From positions 1 to 64,000 of the forward strand of contig JBBRSB010000029.1 of assembly GCA_038245785.1 (NCBI GenBank): a DNA stretch of 64,000 nucleotides. The letters are read 5' to 3'. Made by a program: the position numbers and the translations under genes. The stretch comes from Gloeobacterales cyanobacterium. GTDB lineage: Bacteria > Cyanobacteriota > Cyanobacteriia > Gloeobacterales > PMM-0068. Positions 30,833 to 40,048 of this stretch are shown in pieces. The notes beneath the pieces were generated by a model. It was not told the origin of the DNA. It did no database searches and saw only the letters and a list, made by a program, of their open reading frames with translations. Each line of letters starts with the position of its first letter. Position 1 is the first letter of the stretch.

Positions 30833-31570
30833 ATGCAACATATAATCTATGCCCTGACTAAAGTCTATCGAAACTACTGCTTTTATATTGCTCCTGCAAG
30901 GCTAGTGATCCGAGGCACGGTGAAACGGTTTTTCTCAAATCAGTCTCCCTGTCCCAAGGTTCTCGAAGTGGGAGGAGGGACTGCAATGATGAAAGACCTA
31001 CTCCGGAATTCTTGCCGCTCTCAACAGTTCATATCTTCGGACATTGCCCCCACCGAGAATACTGATGTTGTATGTGATGCCCAAGACCTACCGTTCTCTG
31101 ATGCAGAGTTTGATTTAGTAGCTGCCTTTGATGTGATGGAACATATTCCTGATACCCATAAATTCTTAGGGGAAATCAGTCGAGTCTTACAGCGTGATGG
31201 CTATATTACGATGTCCATTCCTTTTATGTACGGCAGGCATGACCAGCAAGATTTCTATCGTTGGACCCCCCAAGGTCTAGAAAAAACGCTGGGTGATCAT
31301 GGTTTTAAAGTAGTAGCTTTAAAGAAGATTGGGGGTATTTGTTTAACGCTTCTTACCTTGATTGCTCAGTATGTTTATCACCGAACAGCTCCGCTAAATT
31401 TAGGATGGAGAGCTAACAAAGTTAATGAAAAATTATATTATATTGTTCTGAAAATTATTGTGTTTCCGATTGATATTCTGTCTTGGATTGCTTTCTTTCT
31501 TGATGCTTTGATTGATAATGATTCTGCCAACCCAGGTGGATTGGTATTTGTGGCTCAGAAAGTGTCTTAG
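30833..31570 (+). CDS. Class I SAM-dependent methyltransferase
   Basis: VLEVGGG, DAQDLPF, VMEH, DFYRWT. Confidence 0.8.
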   Translation: MQHIIYALTKVYRNYCFYIAPARLVIRGTVKRFFSNQSPCPKVLEVGGGTAMMKDLLRNSCRSQQFISSDIAPTENTDVVCDAQDLPFSDAEFDLVAAFDVMEHIPDTHKFLGEISRVLQRDGYITMSIPFMYGRHDQQDFYRWTPQGLEKTLGDHGFKVVALKKIGGICLTLLTLIAQYVYHRTAPLNLGWRANKVNEKLYYIVLKIIVFPIDILSWIAFFLDALIDNDSANPGGLVFVAQKVS

Positions 31571-31764
31571 ATATAAGCGTTAAACTCGAATAAAGTTCTC
31601 CGTAGGGATGCTCCTGGAATTCCCTGAGGTTACAGCTCGCTCAAGGTATTCACTGTCCGAGTGAGCCGATTTCTGTTCATCATGAATTGTCTCCCATAGC
31701 AAGTGTTTGAGGGGATGGCAGGTGATACGATCAATCCACTCAAGCGTCTAGACAGTGATTTTTT

Positions 31765-33216
31765 ATGAATTTTGGCCAGGTCCGAGGTACGAGAGACCTT
31801 TTGGGAGATGAATACTATCTCCATCGTTCAGTGCTCCAGAAATTAGAGCAGCATTTTCTTAGCTATGGCTACCAGGGTGTGGACCTGCCTATTCTGGAGC
31901 GTACGCAGACGTATCTTTGGAAATCAGGTCAGTCTTCCCGGCGTAAGCTCTTCACCCTTAAAGCCGGAGATAGCCCAGACCCGCAGGAAGATCTTTGTTT
32001 AAGGCCTGAGATTACTGTTTCTCTGCTAAGAGCAATCCAACCCCTCTTGCCCACGGCCCTGTTCCCGATCAGGCTTGCCTATCAGGGACCAGTATTTCGC
32101 AATCAAGGCATCGCCGCCAACACGGATAGTCAATTTACCCAGGCTGGCTTGGAACTAATTGGTGCGGGAGGCTCCTGGGCCGATGCAGAAGTTGTCCAAG
32201 TGGCCTACCGAGGGTTAGAAGTTTTGGGGTTGACAGGTCATCGTATTGTTCTGGGCAGTTTAGGCACCGTCATTGAGATGGCCCGTCGTTGGATCGAAGA
32301 GCGCAAACTGCGCGATTTTCTGGTAGAGAACTTCAGCAATCTGGGCAAAGAAGTGCAGTCTATTGGAGAAATTGAACAAAGATTGGCAGAATTGGGCTTT
32401 TCTGTCAATTCTGCACCCCAAGCTGATGTCTCTCAGGAAGAACAAGAACTGGCTGCTATTTTGAACCGTCTTGGTCCGGAAGAAGGTGCTTCCCTCTTGG
32501 CCGGTCTTCTCAAAGTCTTGAACCTGGAAGTAGGCCCCAACCGGAATTTCCAGGACATGATGAGTCGAATTGTCAGCAAGTCCAATCGGCATGTACAGCG
32601 TGACCAATTGAGTAAATTCCTGCAGGCAGCTACAGAACTCAGTGCCCTGCATGGACCTGCCCATAGCACTCTGAGCAAGCTGGATGAATTTATCCAACGC
32701 TACGAACTTTCTAAAGAGCCTCTCCTAGAGCTTCAGCAAACGCTAGACCTGCTGATTCAAAGCGGTATTCCCCAAGGCCAAATCACAGTAGACCTGGGGT
32801 TTGGGCGCGGATTGCACTACTACAGCGGCTTGATTTTCGAGATCCAGCATCGAGGCCGCCCACTGTGCGGAGGCGGGCGCTATGATGGTCTATCCAAAAT
32901 CTTTGGCGAAACAGACCCCATGCCTTTGGTGGGCTTTAGCTATGGGATTGAACGGGTCTGCGAAGCCCTGACCGAAGCTGGCCTTAGTCCGGAACTGAAC
33001 GGTACGAAAGTGGATGCTCTAGTGGTTCCTGCCTCAGAAGCAGACTACGGTTCAGCGGTAGCCGAGGCCCAAAAGTTGCGGGCGGAAGGCAAGTGCGTAG
33101 AGCTGGCCACGGGCATTATCTCAGAGGGAGAAGCTCCTGCAGTCGCCAGAAAACGTCGGGCAAGCCAGTTGGTCTTTATCCAAGGAGAACGCGTCCATAC
33201 CCAAAAATTGGTCTAA
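31765..33216 (+). CDS. HisZ/HisS-like protein (probable ATP-phosphoribosyltransferase regulatory subunit)
   Basis: RGTRD, LRPEIT, QAGLELIG, GRGLHYYSG, GGGRYDGL. Confidence 0.7.
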   Translation: MNFGQVRGTRDLLGDEYYLHRSVLQKLEQHFLSYGYQGVDLPILERTQTYLWKSGQSSRRKLFTLKAGDSPDPQEDLCLRPEITVSLLRAIQPLLPTALFPIRLAYQGPVFRNQGIAANTDSQFTQAGLELIGAGGSWADAEVVQVAYRGLEVLGLTGHRIVLGSLGTVIEMARRWIEERKLRDFLVENFSNLGKEVQSIGEIEQRLAELGFSVNSAPQADVSQEEQELAAILNRLGPEEGASLLAGLLKVLNLEVGPNRNFQDMMSRIVSKSNRHVQRDQLSKFLQAATELSALHGPAHSTLSKLDEFIQRYELSKEPLLELQQTLDLLIQSGIPQGQITVDLGFGRGLHYYSGLIFEIQHRGRPLCGGGRYDGLSKIFGETDPMPLVGFSYGIERVCEALTEAGLSPELNGTKVDALVVPASEADYGSAVAEAQKLRAEGKCVELATGIISEGEAPAVARKRRASQLVFIQGERVHTQKLV

Positions 33217-33497
33217 GTCGGGACCAACTCGTTGGGGCGCAAAGCCATCCAGCGGCCCTTCTCTTCTGTGAAGCTCTCACAGCCGACTACATCCCACTCA
33301 ACGCCAAAGTCTCCCTGCTGGATAATCCGGCCATCGTCGGTGATAACTACCTTGGGGAAGGTGTGGTTAATATTGATGGTGGGATGGAGGGGCTCAAAAT
33401 CTGGGTCTTCTGTCAGATGTGGCTGCTCATGCTGGGTTTCTACCGCATGGTAGCTACTACAACGGTCCACATAGGCACAATTGATGCAGATACACAT
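33213..33497 (-). CDS. ycf34: Ycf34-family protein
   Basis: MCICINC..VDRC..YH.VE.QH...EWDVVGC. Confidence 0.9.
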   Translation of the reverse strand: MCICINCAYVDRCSSYHAVETQHEQPHLTEDPDFEPLHPTININHTFPKVVITDDGRIIQQGDFGVEWDVVGCESFTEEKGRWMALRPNELVPT

Positions 33498-33600
33498 AGC
33501 CGAAGTCGAACTCTCAGTCTGTGGTTATACCTTAGCATTCAGATTTCAGAAAAGCACATTGACAATTGGTCTGAACTCCTTCATCATCATCAAGGACTGT

Positions 33601-33684
33601 GCGGTCGTGGTGGAATGGTAGACACGCTACTTTGAGGTGGTAGTGCCGAAAGGTGTGAGAGTTCGACTCTCTCCGACCGCACCA
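33601..33684 (+). tRNA. tRNA-Leu(GAG)
   Basis: GCGGTCG acceptor stem, anticodon loop TTGAGGT, long variable arm, GTTCGAC, encoded CCA. Confidence 0.95.
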
Positions 33685-33713
33685 ATATTTCCCCATTTTT
33701 TATGGATTCAGGC

Positions 33714-35021
33714 TCACGAGGCAACGGGTGTTCTCAATTTGCGCGTAGGAGCTAGCAGCAGCTGGGTATATAGCTTACTGAGCCTAGAGGCCACGCTATG
33801 CCAGCTAAAGGCGGTTTCTACCCGTTCTCGACCGGCTTCCCCTAGTTCGTCTCGCCACAAAGGATTTTCCAGAATCCGGTCAATGGCCATGGTGAAGCCA
33901 GCTTCATATTTGGGCAGAACGAGCAATCCTGTGATCTCTGGAATAACGGTAAACGGCAATCCTCCGACATTACTCGCTACTACAGGGGTTCGGTTTGCCA
34001 TAGCTTCAATGGCCACCAAGCCAAAAGCTTCATAGTGGCTAGGCATGACGCAGACATCAGCTGCGGCATAAAAGATTGGTAGCTCGTCCTCTTCCAGACG
34101 ACCAGGGAAAATCGTGCAGTCGGTTAAGCCCAGTTCTCGGACGATGCCTTCGATACGCTCCCGTTCCATGCCATCACTCTGTCCTGGACGGCTACCCCCC
34201 GCGATAATTAGCTTCAGTTCTGGTTGCCCCCGGAATTTCGATTGGGCAAAGGCACGGACTAAGGTTTCAATCCCTTTGCGTGGATCAAAACGGCCCACAT
34301 AGAGAACTACTTTGGCATCAGAAGCAAGACCTAACTGTTGCCGAGCGCTAGCTCTCGAGATGTTACCGAATCGGTCAACGTCGGTACCGGAGGGAATCAT
34401 CTCAATATTTCCCTCTCGGGAAACAAGGGTCCGCATATGCTCAAGCTCTTGAGGGCTGGTAGCAATCACGCGTTCCACGGACTCTAAACAAGTCTTCTCA
34501 ATCGCTAAGCGCATGGAGGCGATGGGAGGAATAGGGCTGATGTCTTTGTATTTAACGGCCCCGAGCGAGTGGTACGTATGCACCTGGCGCAGCGTTTGTT
34601 GGCTCTTCAGCTCCATCCCTACCCAGGAAGAGAGCCAGTAATGAGTATGGACCAAGGCGTATTGGAAACCCATTTGCTTTTGGAATGCCTGCACCTTGCG
34701 GACAAACTCGGGCAAATATTCGGATAAGTGGTCTCTTGCCATAAATTCAGTGGGACCAGCGGTTAAGCGAATCGTCCGGCAATCGGGGCCATGAGAAACA
34801 ATCGCTGCCTGTTCAGGACTGCTCCTTCGCGTGAGCATATCCACTTGCCATCCACGCTCTGCTAAAGCTAAACCCACTTGGCGCACATAGACGTTTTGCC
34901 CTCCGGCTTCTTCTTGACCAATCTCTGCGGCTGGGTCGCCATCTACTGAAATTAAGGCAATGCGATGTTGCGTCAAAAACACAGTTTTACCTCTACGGCT
35001 ACGTTCCTTCATGATTTGCAT
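33714..35021 (-). CDS. GT4 glycosyltransferase, sucrose-phosphate-synthase-like (GT domain only)
   Basis: HRIALISVDGDPAAEIGQEEAGGQNVYV, HTHYW, YEAFGLVAIEAM; exact start uncertain. Confidence 0.75.
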   Translation of the reverse strand: MQIMKERSRRGKTVFLTQHRIALISVDGDPAAEIGQEEAGGQNVYVRQVGLALAERGWQVDMLTRRSSPEQAAIVSHGPDCRTIRLTAGPTEFMARDHLSEYLPEFVRKVQAFQKQMGFQYALVHTHYWLSSWVGMELKSQQTLRQVHTYHSLGAVKYKDISPIPPIASMRLAIEKTCLESVERVIATSPQELEHMRTLVSREGNIEMIPSGTDVDRFGNISRASARQQLGLASDAKVVLYVGRFDPRKGIETLVRAFAQSKFRGQPELKLIIAGGSRPGQSDGMERERIEGIVRELGLTDCTIFPGRLEEDELPIFYAAADVCVMPSHYEAFGLVAIEAMANRTPVVASNVGGLPFTVIPEITGLLVLPKYEAGFTMAIDRILENPLWRDELGEAGRERVETAFSWHSVASRLSKLYTQLLLAPTRKLRTPVAS

Positions 35022-35153
35022 CTCCAGCCACAGATGCCTGAAAATGCGGTAAAGCCGCCTCTGTTCAGGTTCAAGGTCTGGTACAACAATGCGACCAGTT
35101 ACTAGATTAGGATTCTGACGAGATCAAAACATTACTGAAAAATGCTGACCTAG

Positions 35154-35312
35154 CAGTCTCCTCTCAATGCCTACGAAGTTAGCTGACGGGCTAGGACTGA
35201 GAGATGTCCTTCTCTGTGATTTGCTTCTACAGAGATAAGCCCCAAAATGCGGTTCCTCCGCTCCAGGCTCGGGGTGTAAGCACACACCTGTATGCCGAGC
35301 GCCGAATTAGGC
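35154..35312 (-). ncRNA. c-di-AMP (ydaO/yuaA) riboswitch
   Basis: Minus strand GGAGCGGAGGAACC...TTTTGGGGC...CCTAGCCCGTCAGCTAACTTCGTAGGC. Confidence 0.85.
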
Positions 35313-35486
35313 TGACTTGTTTAACTATTCCACGCTAACTCAGACCGATGGGTAGCGTCAACTGGTCTTCATTAAGGGTTCACAAAGCGAGGAAGAGATT
35401 CTTCTGAAAATGCCACGAAGGTTATCCTTCCCAGAATATTCACCCAGCCAGTGGTTGCTCTCTCCTAATGAACCACTACGGTTCAG

Positions 35487-35558
35487 CTATCTGTCTTGGC
35501 GGGTGTCGCATAAAGACATTCCAAAAATCACGCAGGAATCGATGACTGCTGTAATCAT
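35487..35558 (-). pseudogene. PIN toxin N-terminal stub
   Basis: MITAVIDSCVIFGMSLCDT; ATGA overlap with the upstream small gene. Confidence 0.55.
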
Positions 35559-35779
35559 TTACGCTCTGTTTCTGCCATGCAACGATCGATAAATTCATCC
35601 TCATAGCAACCTTCAGCTTGTAAAAATTCTGAGAATCGATCGATTTTACTAGCTCTATCACTAGATAGCGATCGATTTTCTGCCTTAGTTAAGGTTTTGA
35701 GAAAGAGAAGGGTTTGGATGATTGCTTCATCGGGCGCGGCTTCGATCGCGGCTAATAGTTCTTGTTTGATGGGTGACAT
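35555..35779 (-). CDS. Putative antitoxin
   Basis: IKQELLAAIEAAPDEAIIQTLLFLKTL; coupled to the PIN stub. Confidence 0.55.
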   Translation of the reverse strand: MSPIKQELLAAIEAAPDEAIIQTLLFLKTLTKAENRSLSSDRASKIDRFSEFLQAEGCYEDEFIDRCMAETERK

Positions 35780-35845
35780 ATGCTCTCATCCTTGGCGAAC
35801 TCAGTATTGCTATTTTAGCTTTCTGTCGAGTAAGTCGGTCTGAAC

Positions 35846-37522
35846 CTAGGCATCTGTCACACAGCCTTGGGAAGCAGGGGAAACATTTTTAATAAACTTG
35901 TATAGCGTCCCACGGGTGACCTTGTAGGCAGGGGCTTTCCAGTTGGCTTTGCGCTTGGCGAGTTCTTCCTCACTCAAGGCAACAGAAAGCTTCTTCTGGT
36001 CTGCATCAATAGTAATCACATCCCCTGTTTTGATGAGGCCGATCGCTCCGCCTTCCTGGGCTTCGGGCGTGACGTGACCGACCACGAAACCGTGGGTTCC
36101 TCCAGAGAATCGTCCGTCTGTAATCAGGGCCACTTCTTTCCCTAAACCGGCACCCATAATCGCGGCTGTAATCGTGAGCATTTCGCTCATTCCTGGTCCG
36201 CCTTTGGGTCCTTCATAGCGGATGACAATGACATCGCCATTATCGATTTCTTTGCGTTCTAGGGCTGCCAAGGTCTCTTCTTCGGAATCATAGACTTTGG
36301 CGGGTCCAGTGAAGGCCAATCCTTCTTTGCCCGTGATTTTGGCGACAGAACCATCTGGGGCCAGGTTGCCAAAGAGAATTTGCAGGTGACCGGAGGATTT
36401 AATCGGTTTGGACAGCGGATAGATTACTTTTTGACCTTCCTGTAAGCCTGGTAAGTCAGCTAGGTTTTCTTCCAAGGTTTTACCTGTAACGGTCAAGCAA
36501 TCGCCGTGAATTAGCCCAGCTTCGAGCAAAAGCTTCAGTACGGCAGGCGTTCCACCCACATCGTGCAGGTCTTCCATCACGAATAGGCCGCTAGGTTTTA
36601 GGTCTGCAATGAAAGGCACTTTGTCACTGATTACCTGGAAATCATCCAGCTCTAGAGGAACATCCACTGCTTTCGCCATAGCAATTAAATGCAGGACCGC
36701 ATTGGTAGACCCACCCAAGGCCATGACTAGAACGATCGCATTTTCAAAAGCCTTGCGGGTCATGATTTGACGAGGGGTGATATCTTTCTCTAGCAGATGA
36801 CGGATGGCAGCTCCGGCTTGATGACATTCACGGATTTTGTCGGGATGGGTAGCGGGAACAGAGGAGCTATAGGGTAAGGACATACCCAAGGCTTCGATGG
36901 CAGAGGCCATCGTATTGGCTGTATACATACCGCCACAGGCTCCAGCTCCAGGACAGGCGTGTTGGAGGACATTTTTGAGGTCCGTTTCATCAATCGACCC
37001 GCTCAAGAACTGGCCGTAGCTTTCAAAGGAGGAAACGATATCGAGTTTTTTCCCTTCCCAGAATCCTGGTCGGATCGTTCCGCCATAGACCATGAGGCTA
37101 GGCCGATTCAACCTGCCCATAGCAATCAGCGATCCGGGCATATTTTTGTCACAGCCTGGAATCGTGATGCAGGCGTCATACCACTGGGCAGACATCACCG
37201 TTTCAATCGAATCCGCAATGATTTCTCTGGATTGCAGGGAATAGTTCATGCCCTCGGTGCCCATTGAGATGCCGTCACTGACGCCAATGGTATTAAACCG
37301 AAAACCGACCAAATCAACGGCCTGCACCCCTTTTTTAACTTCGGCGGCCAGGTCCAATAGGTGCATGTTGCAGGTATTGCCTTCGTACCACATGCTGACA
37401 ATTCCCACCTGGGCCTTGTTCATGTCTTCATCGGTCAGTCCGGTGCCATAGAGCATGGCCTGGGAAGCGACCTGAGAGTTCCGTTGGGTGATACGCGCGC
37501 TGTACTTATTAAGCTGAGCCAT
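35846..37522 (-). CDS. ilvD: Dihydroxy-acid dehydratase
   Basis: [38 protein letters not shown] at 37522. Confidence 0.95.
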   Translation of the reverse strand: MAQLNKYSARITQRNSQVASQAMLYGTGLTDEDMNKAQVGIVSMWYEGNTCNMHLLDLAAEVKKGVQAVDLVGFRFNTIGVSDGISMGTEGMNYSLQSREIIADSIETVMSAQWYDACITIPGCDKNMPGSLIAMGRLNRPSLMVYGGTIRPGFWEGKKLDIVSSFESYGQFLSGSIDETDLKNVLQHACPGAGACGGMYTANTMASAIEALGMSLPYSSSVPATHPDKIRECHQAGAAIRHLLEKDITPRQIMTRKAFENAIVLVMALGGSTNAVLHLIAMAKAVDVPLELDDFQVISDKVPFIADLKPSGLFVMEDLHDVGGTPAVLKLLLEAGLIHGDCLTVTGKTLEENLADLPGLQEGQKVIYPLSKPIKSSGHLQILFGNLAPDGSVAKITGKEGLAFTGPAKVYDSEEETLAALERKEIDNGDVIVIRYEGPKGGPGMSEMLTITAAIMGAGLGKEVALITDGRFSGGTHGFVVGHVTPEAQEGGAIGLIKTGDVITIDADQKKLSVALSEEELAKRKANWKAPAYKVTRGTLYKFIKNVSPASQGCVTDA

Positions 37523-37582
37523 AGGGAAGAATTGTGCGGTGGAATAATCAAAAACTATAACGCAACTGGGTTCTATCCTGCA

Positions 37583-37624
37583 CACCCCTCCGCCTTCGGC
37601 ACCTCCCCTTGAGGGGAGGCTGGG
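37583..37624. repeat. REP-like double hairpin
   Basis: CACCCCTCCGCCTTCGGCACCTCCCCTTGAGGGGAGGCTGGG; same layout as the 22526 arms. Confidence 0.6.
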
Positions 37625-37694
37625 CATGGAAGTTGTGATGTATAGGAAAATTTTGCAACCACTGTAACTACCAGGTTGTTTATTTGAGGAAGCG

Positions 37695-38024
37695 ATGAAC
37701 ACACAAGTGCTCAGCATTGAATCCAAACAAGACTCAGAGATTAGTCTGATTATTTCGATTGGCCAAGACAAGTATAAATTCTCTCTCATCGCTGAAACTG
37801 ATACTGTGAGCGACCAGCACATGCATACACTTCGAGCGGATGACCGATTTCTTGATTCTTTTAGATTTAATCAGCATATAGCTAGCTCTATAACAAAGTT
37901 GGCACTGGAGTTTTATCAAGGTGAGATCGTCGAATTACCCCAAGATATTGGAGCTTTTGTTACTCGTGAAGAGGCTTTGGAGTCAGTCAATCAGCGGTGG
38001 AGCGAACAAACGCTTGGCACTTGA
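37695..38024 (+). CDS. Hypothetical protein
   Basis: GAGGA RBS, 109-aa ORF. Confidence 0.55.
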   Translation: MNTQVLSIESKQDSEISLIISIGQDKYKFSLIAETDTVSDQHMHTLRADDRFLDSFRFNQHIASSITKLALEFYQGEIVELPQDIGAFVTREEALESVNQRWSEQTLGT

Positions 38025-38144
38025 ACCTCTACGCCCTCTGAACGATCTTCCATGTCCAAGACTTCTTCCGATCTAGAAAAAAAGCTGCGATAATAGTATT
38101 TCCGTGACTTTTTCACGAAAAAGCACCTCTCAGAGGTCTAAATT

Positions 38145-39419
38145 ATGCTCGTAGACTTCACCGTAGAAAACTATCGCTCGATCAAAGGTCCCGTAACGCT
38201 GAGTGCTGTAGCTCAGGGACGTAAAGCTGGCACGGCTCCGAAGGGTAAAGGACGCCCACGTATTAAGCCTGACTACGAAATTGCTCCTGGCTACCCTGTC
38301 GAAGGTTGGGGTTTTAAACTTCTACCCGTTCTCGCCATCTTTGGCGCGAATGCATCGGGTAAGAGCAATGTAGTCAACGCTCTCGATAGCTTTCTTAACT
38401 ATATAAGGAAGGGGGAAGAGAGAGGATCAAGTCCATTTGAGTTGAGTACCTTCAATAATTTTGTACCTTTTAAGCTAGACTCTGAAAGTTTGGCAGCTCC
38501 AACACGCTTTGAAATTCGCATTGCCCGGGGAGAGCTTATCCACACATATTCCATATCCCTCAACAGGGAACGTATTCTATCAGAGCACTTGGAATATGCC
38601 TTAGCACATTCCAAGCGGAACCGGAGACTGTTTCATCGTGATTGGGATGAGAATAAGAGAACTTTTATTTGGAAGAATGGAGAGGACTTTAAGGGACCTC
38701 ATACACAACTGGAAAAGACTCTAAGTGATCGTGAGCCATTTATGAGTATTTTACCGAAAGTACACCCTGCATTCGAAAATATTATGGAATATCTACCCAA
38801 CCCTGTTTCCACTGTTTTTGTCAATAGGGATAGTGCAATAATAGTAGAAATGTTTTCGGAGTATGAATATTTCGAACAAGAAATGATGAAAAAAATAGTA
38901 AATACTATTCGACAATTTGATACAGGCATCACTGAGATATCATTAGAAAAAAATGAAGGAAAAACGCGAATTTTTGCTCACCATGATTCAGATAAGGGAA
39001 TCATTCGTTGGCCTTTTGGGGAAGAATCTTTAGGAACACAACGTCTTTTTGCTTTATCTTTAAGTATACATTTTGGACTTTCATTAGGATTGTTGACCAC
39101 AATCGATGAACTTGGTTCAAATATCCATCCCAACATAACTCGTGAAATTATAAAAATCTTCCAAAATCCAAAGACTAATCCCAAGCATGCTCAGTTGATT
39201 TTTACAAGTCATGATAGCACTTTGCAACGAGGCAATTTGCTGCGCCGAGATCAAATCTGGTTTACTCAAAAACGCCCTGATGGAAGTACTGAATTATATC
39301 CACTCAGTGACTTTAAGGTTCGTAATGATCTTGCTATTGATAAGGCTTACTTAGATGGGCGTTTTGGAGCTGTTCCGTTCCTTGCTGATGAGGAATTTGC
39401 TTCGATAGCTGAAGGGTGA
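38145..39419 (+). CDS. AAA ATPase (RloA/AbiLi-like)
   Basis: NYRSIK, FGANASGKS, ESLGTQR, IDEL..NIHP, FTSH, YLDGRFGAVP. Confidence 0.85.
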   Translation: MLVDFTVENYRSIKGPVTLSAVAQGRKAGTAPKGKGRPRIKPDYEIAPGYPVEGWGFKLLPVLAIFGANASGKSNVVNALDSFLNYIRKGEERGSSPFELSTFNNFVPFKLDSESLAAPTRFEIRIARGELIHTYSISLNRERILSEHLEYALAHSKRNRRLFHRDWDENKRTFIWKNGEDFKGPHTQLEKTLSDREPFMSILPKVHPAFENIMEYLPNPVSTVFVNRDSAIIVEMFSEYEYFEQEMMKKIVNTIRQFDTGITEISLEKNEGKTRIFAHHDSDKGIIRWPFGEESLGTQRLFALSLSIHFGLSLGLLTTIDELGSNIHPNITREIIKIFQNPKTNPKHAQLIFTSHDSTLQRGNLLRRDQIWFTQKRPDGSTELYPLSDFKVRNDLAIDKAYLDGRFGAVPFLADEEFASIAEG

Positions 39420-40048
39420 TAATGAAACCCATTAAGCCGAAACGAACTACAAAAAGTGTTGGTCGAAAAATACTTATTGCCTATGAAGGCATGGGAGCTG
39501 AGAGAGGTTACTTTAATGCAATTCGACAATTCTTACGCTTACAGTCAACACGAGTTATATTAGCTCCTCATACTGGCACTGACCCATATACTATTGTCAG
39601 ACAAGCAATCAGTTCACGGGAAGAACAGATAAGAGAACAAGCTTGGATAAAAGGGGACTCTGCCTGGGCTGTATTTGATGGTGATGAGCACATGAGGAAT
39701 GATCTTCAGAGGTGGAAAAATGCTCTTCAGACAGCAGCCAAAGAAAAAATCAATTTAGCAATCTCAAATCCATGTTTTGAATTTTGGTACTTAATTCATT
39801 TTCAAGACTACTTTGCCAATCTCAGCAATAAGCAAGCTGAAAGATCTCTTAAAAACCATATCCCTGGTTATGAAAAACCTCAAATTCTCTACCCTAAACC
39901 TCTAGGGCCACTTACACGGGACGCCATCCAGCGAGCCAAGCAGCTTATGAAACGTTGTGAAGCCAATGGCTGGCAAGAACATACAAATCCTTGTTGTCAT
40001 AAAGTCGCAGAACTGGTCGAAAGTTTGTTGAGCTTACAAACTGTCTAA
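39416..40048 (+). CDS. rloB: RloB-family (AbiLii-like) protein
   Basis: LIAYEG..AE..YF, VFDGD, SNPCFEFWYLIHF, TNP. Confidence 0.85.
   Translation: MIMKPIKPKRTTKSVGRKILIAYEGMGAERGYFNAIRQFLRLQSTRVILAPHTGTDPYTIVRQAISSREEQIREQAWIKGDSAWAVFDGDEHMRNDLQRWKNALQTAAKEKINLAISNPCFEFWYLIHFQDYFANLSNKQAERSLKNHIPGYEKPQILYPKPLGPLTRDAIQRAKQLMKRCEANGWQEHTNPCCHKVAELVESLLSLQTV

Noticed and set aside
33637..34035. 132-aa plus-strand ORF
   Set aside because: It starts inside tRNA-Leu and is antisense to the glycosyltransferase
37523..37822. 100-aa N-terminal extension of IlvD in the ORF track
   Set aside because: It crosses a REP-like repeat and the divergent gene; homology begins at MAQLNKYS
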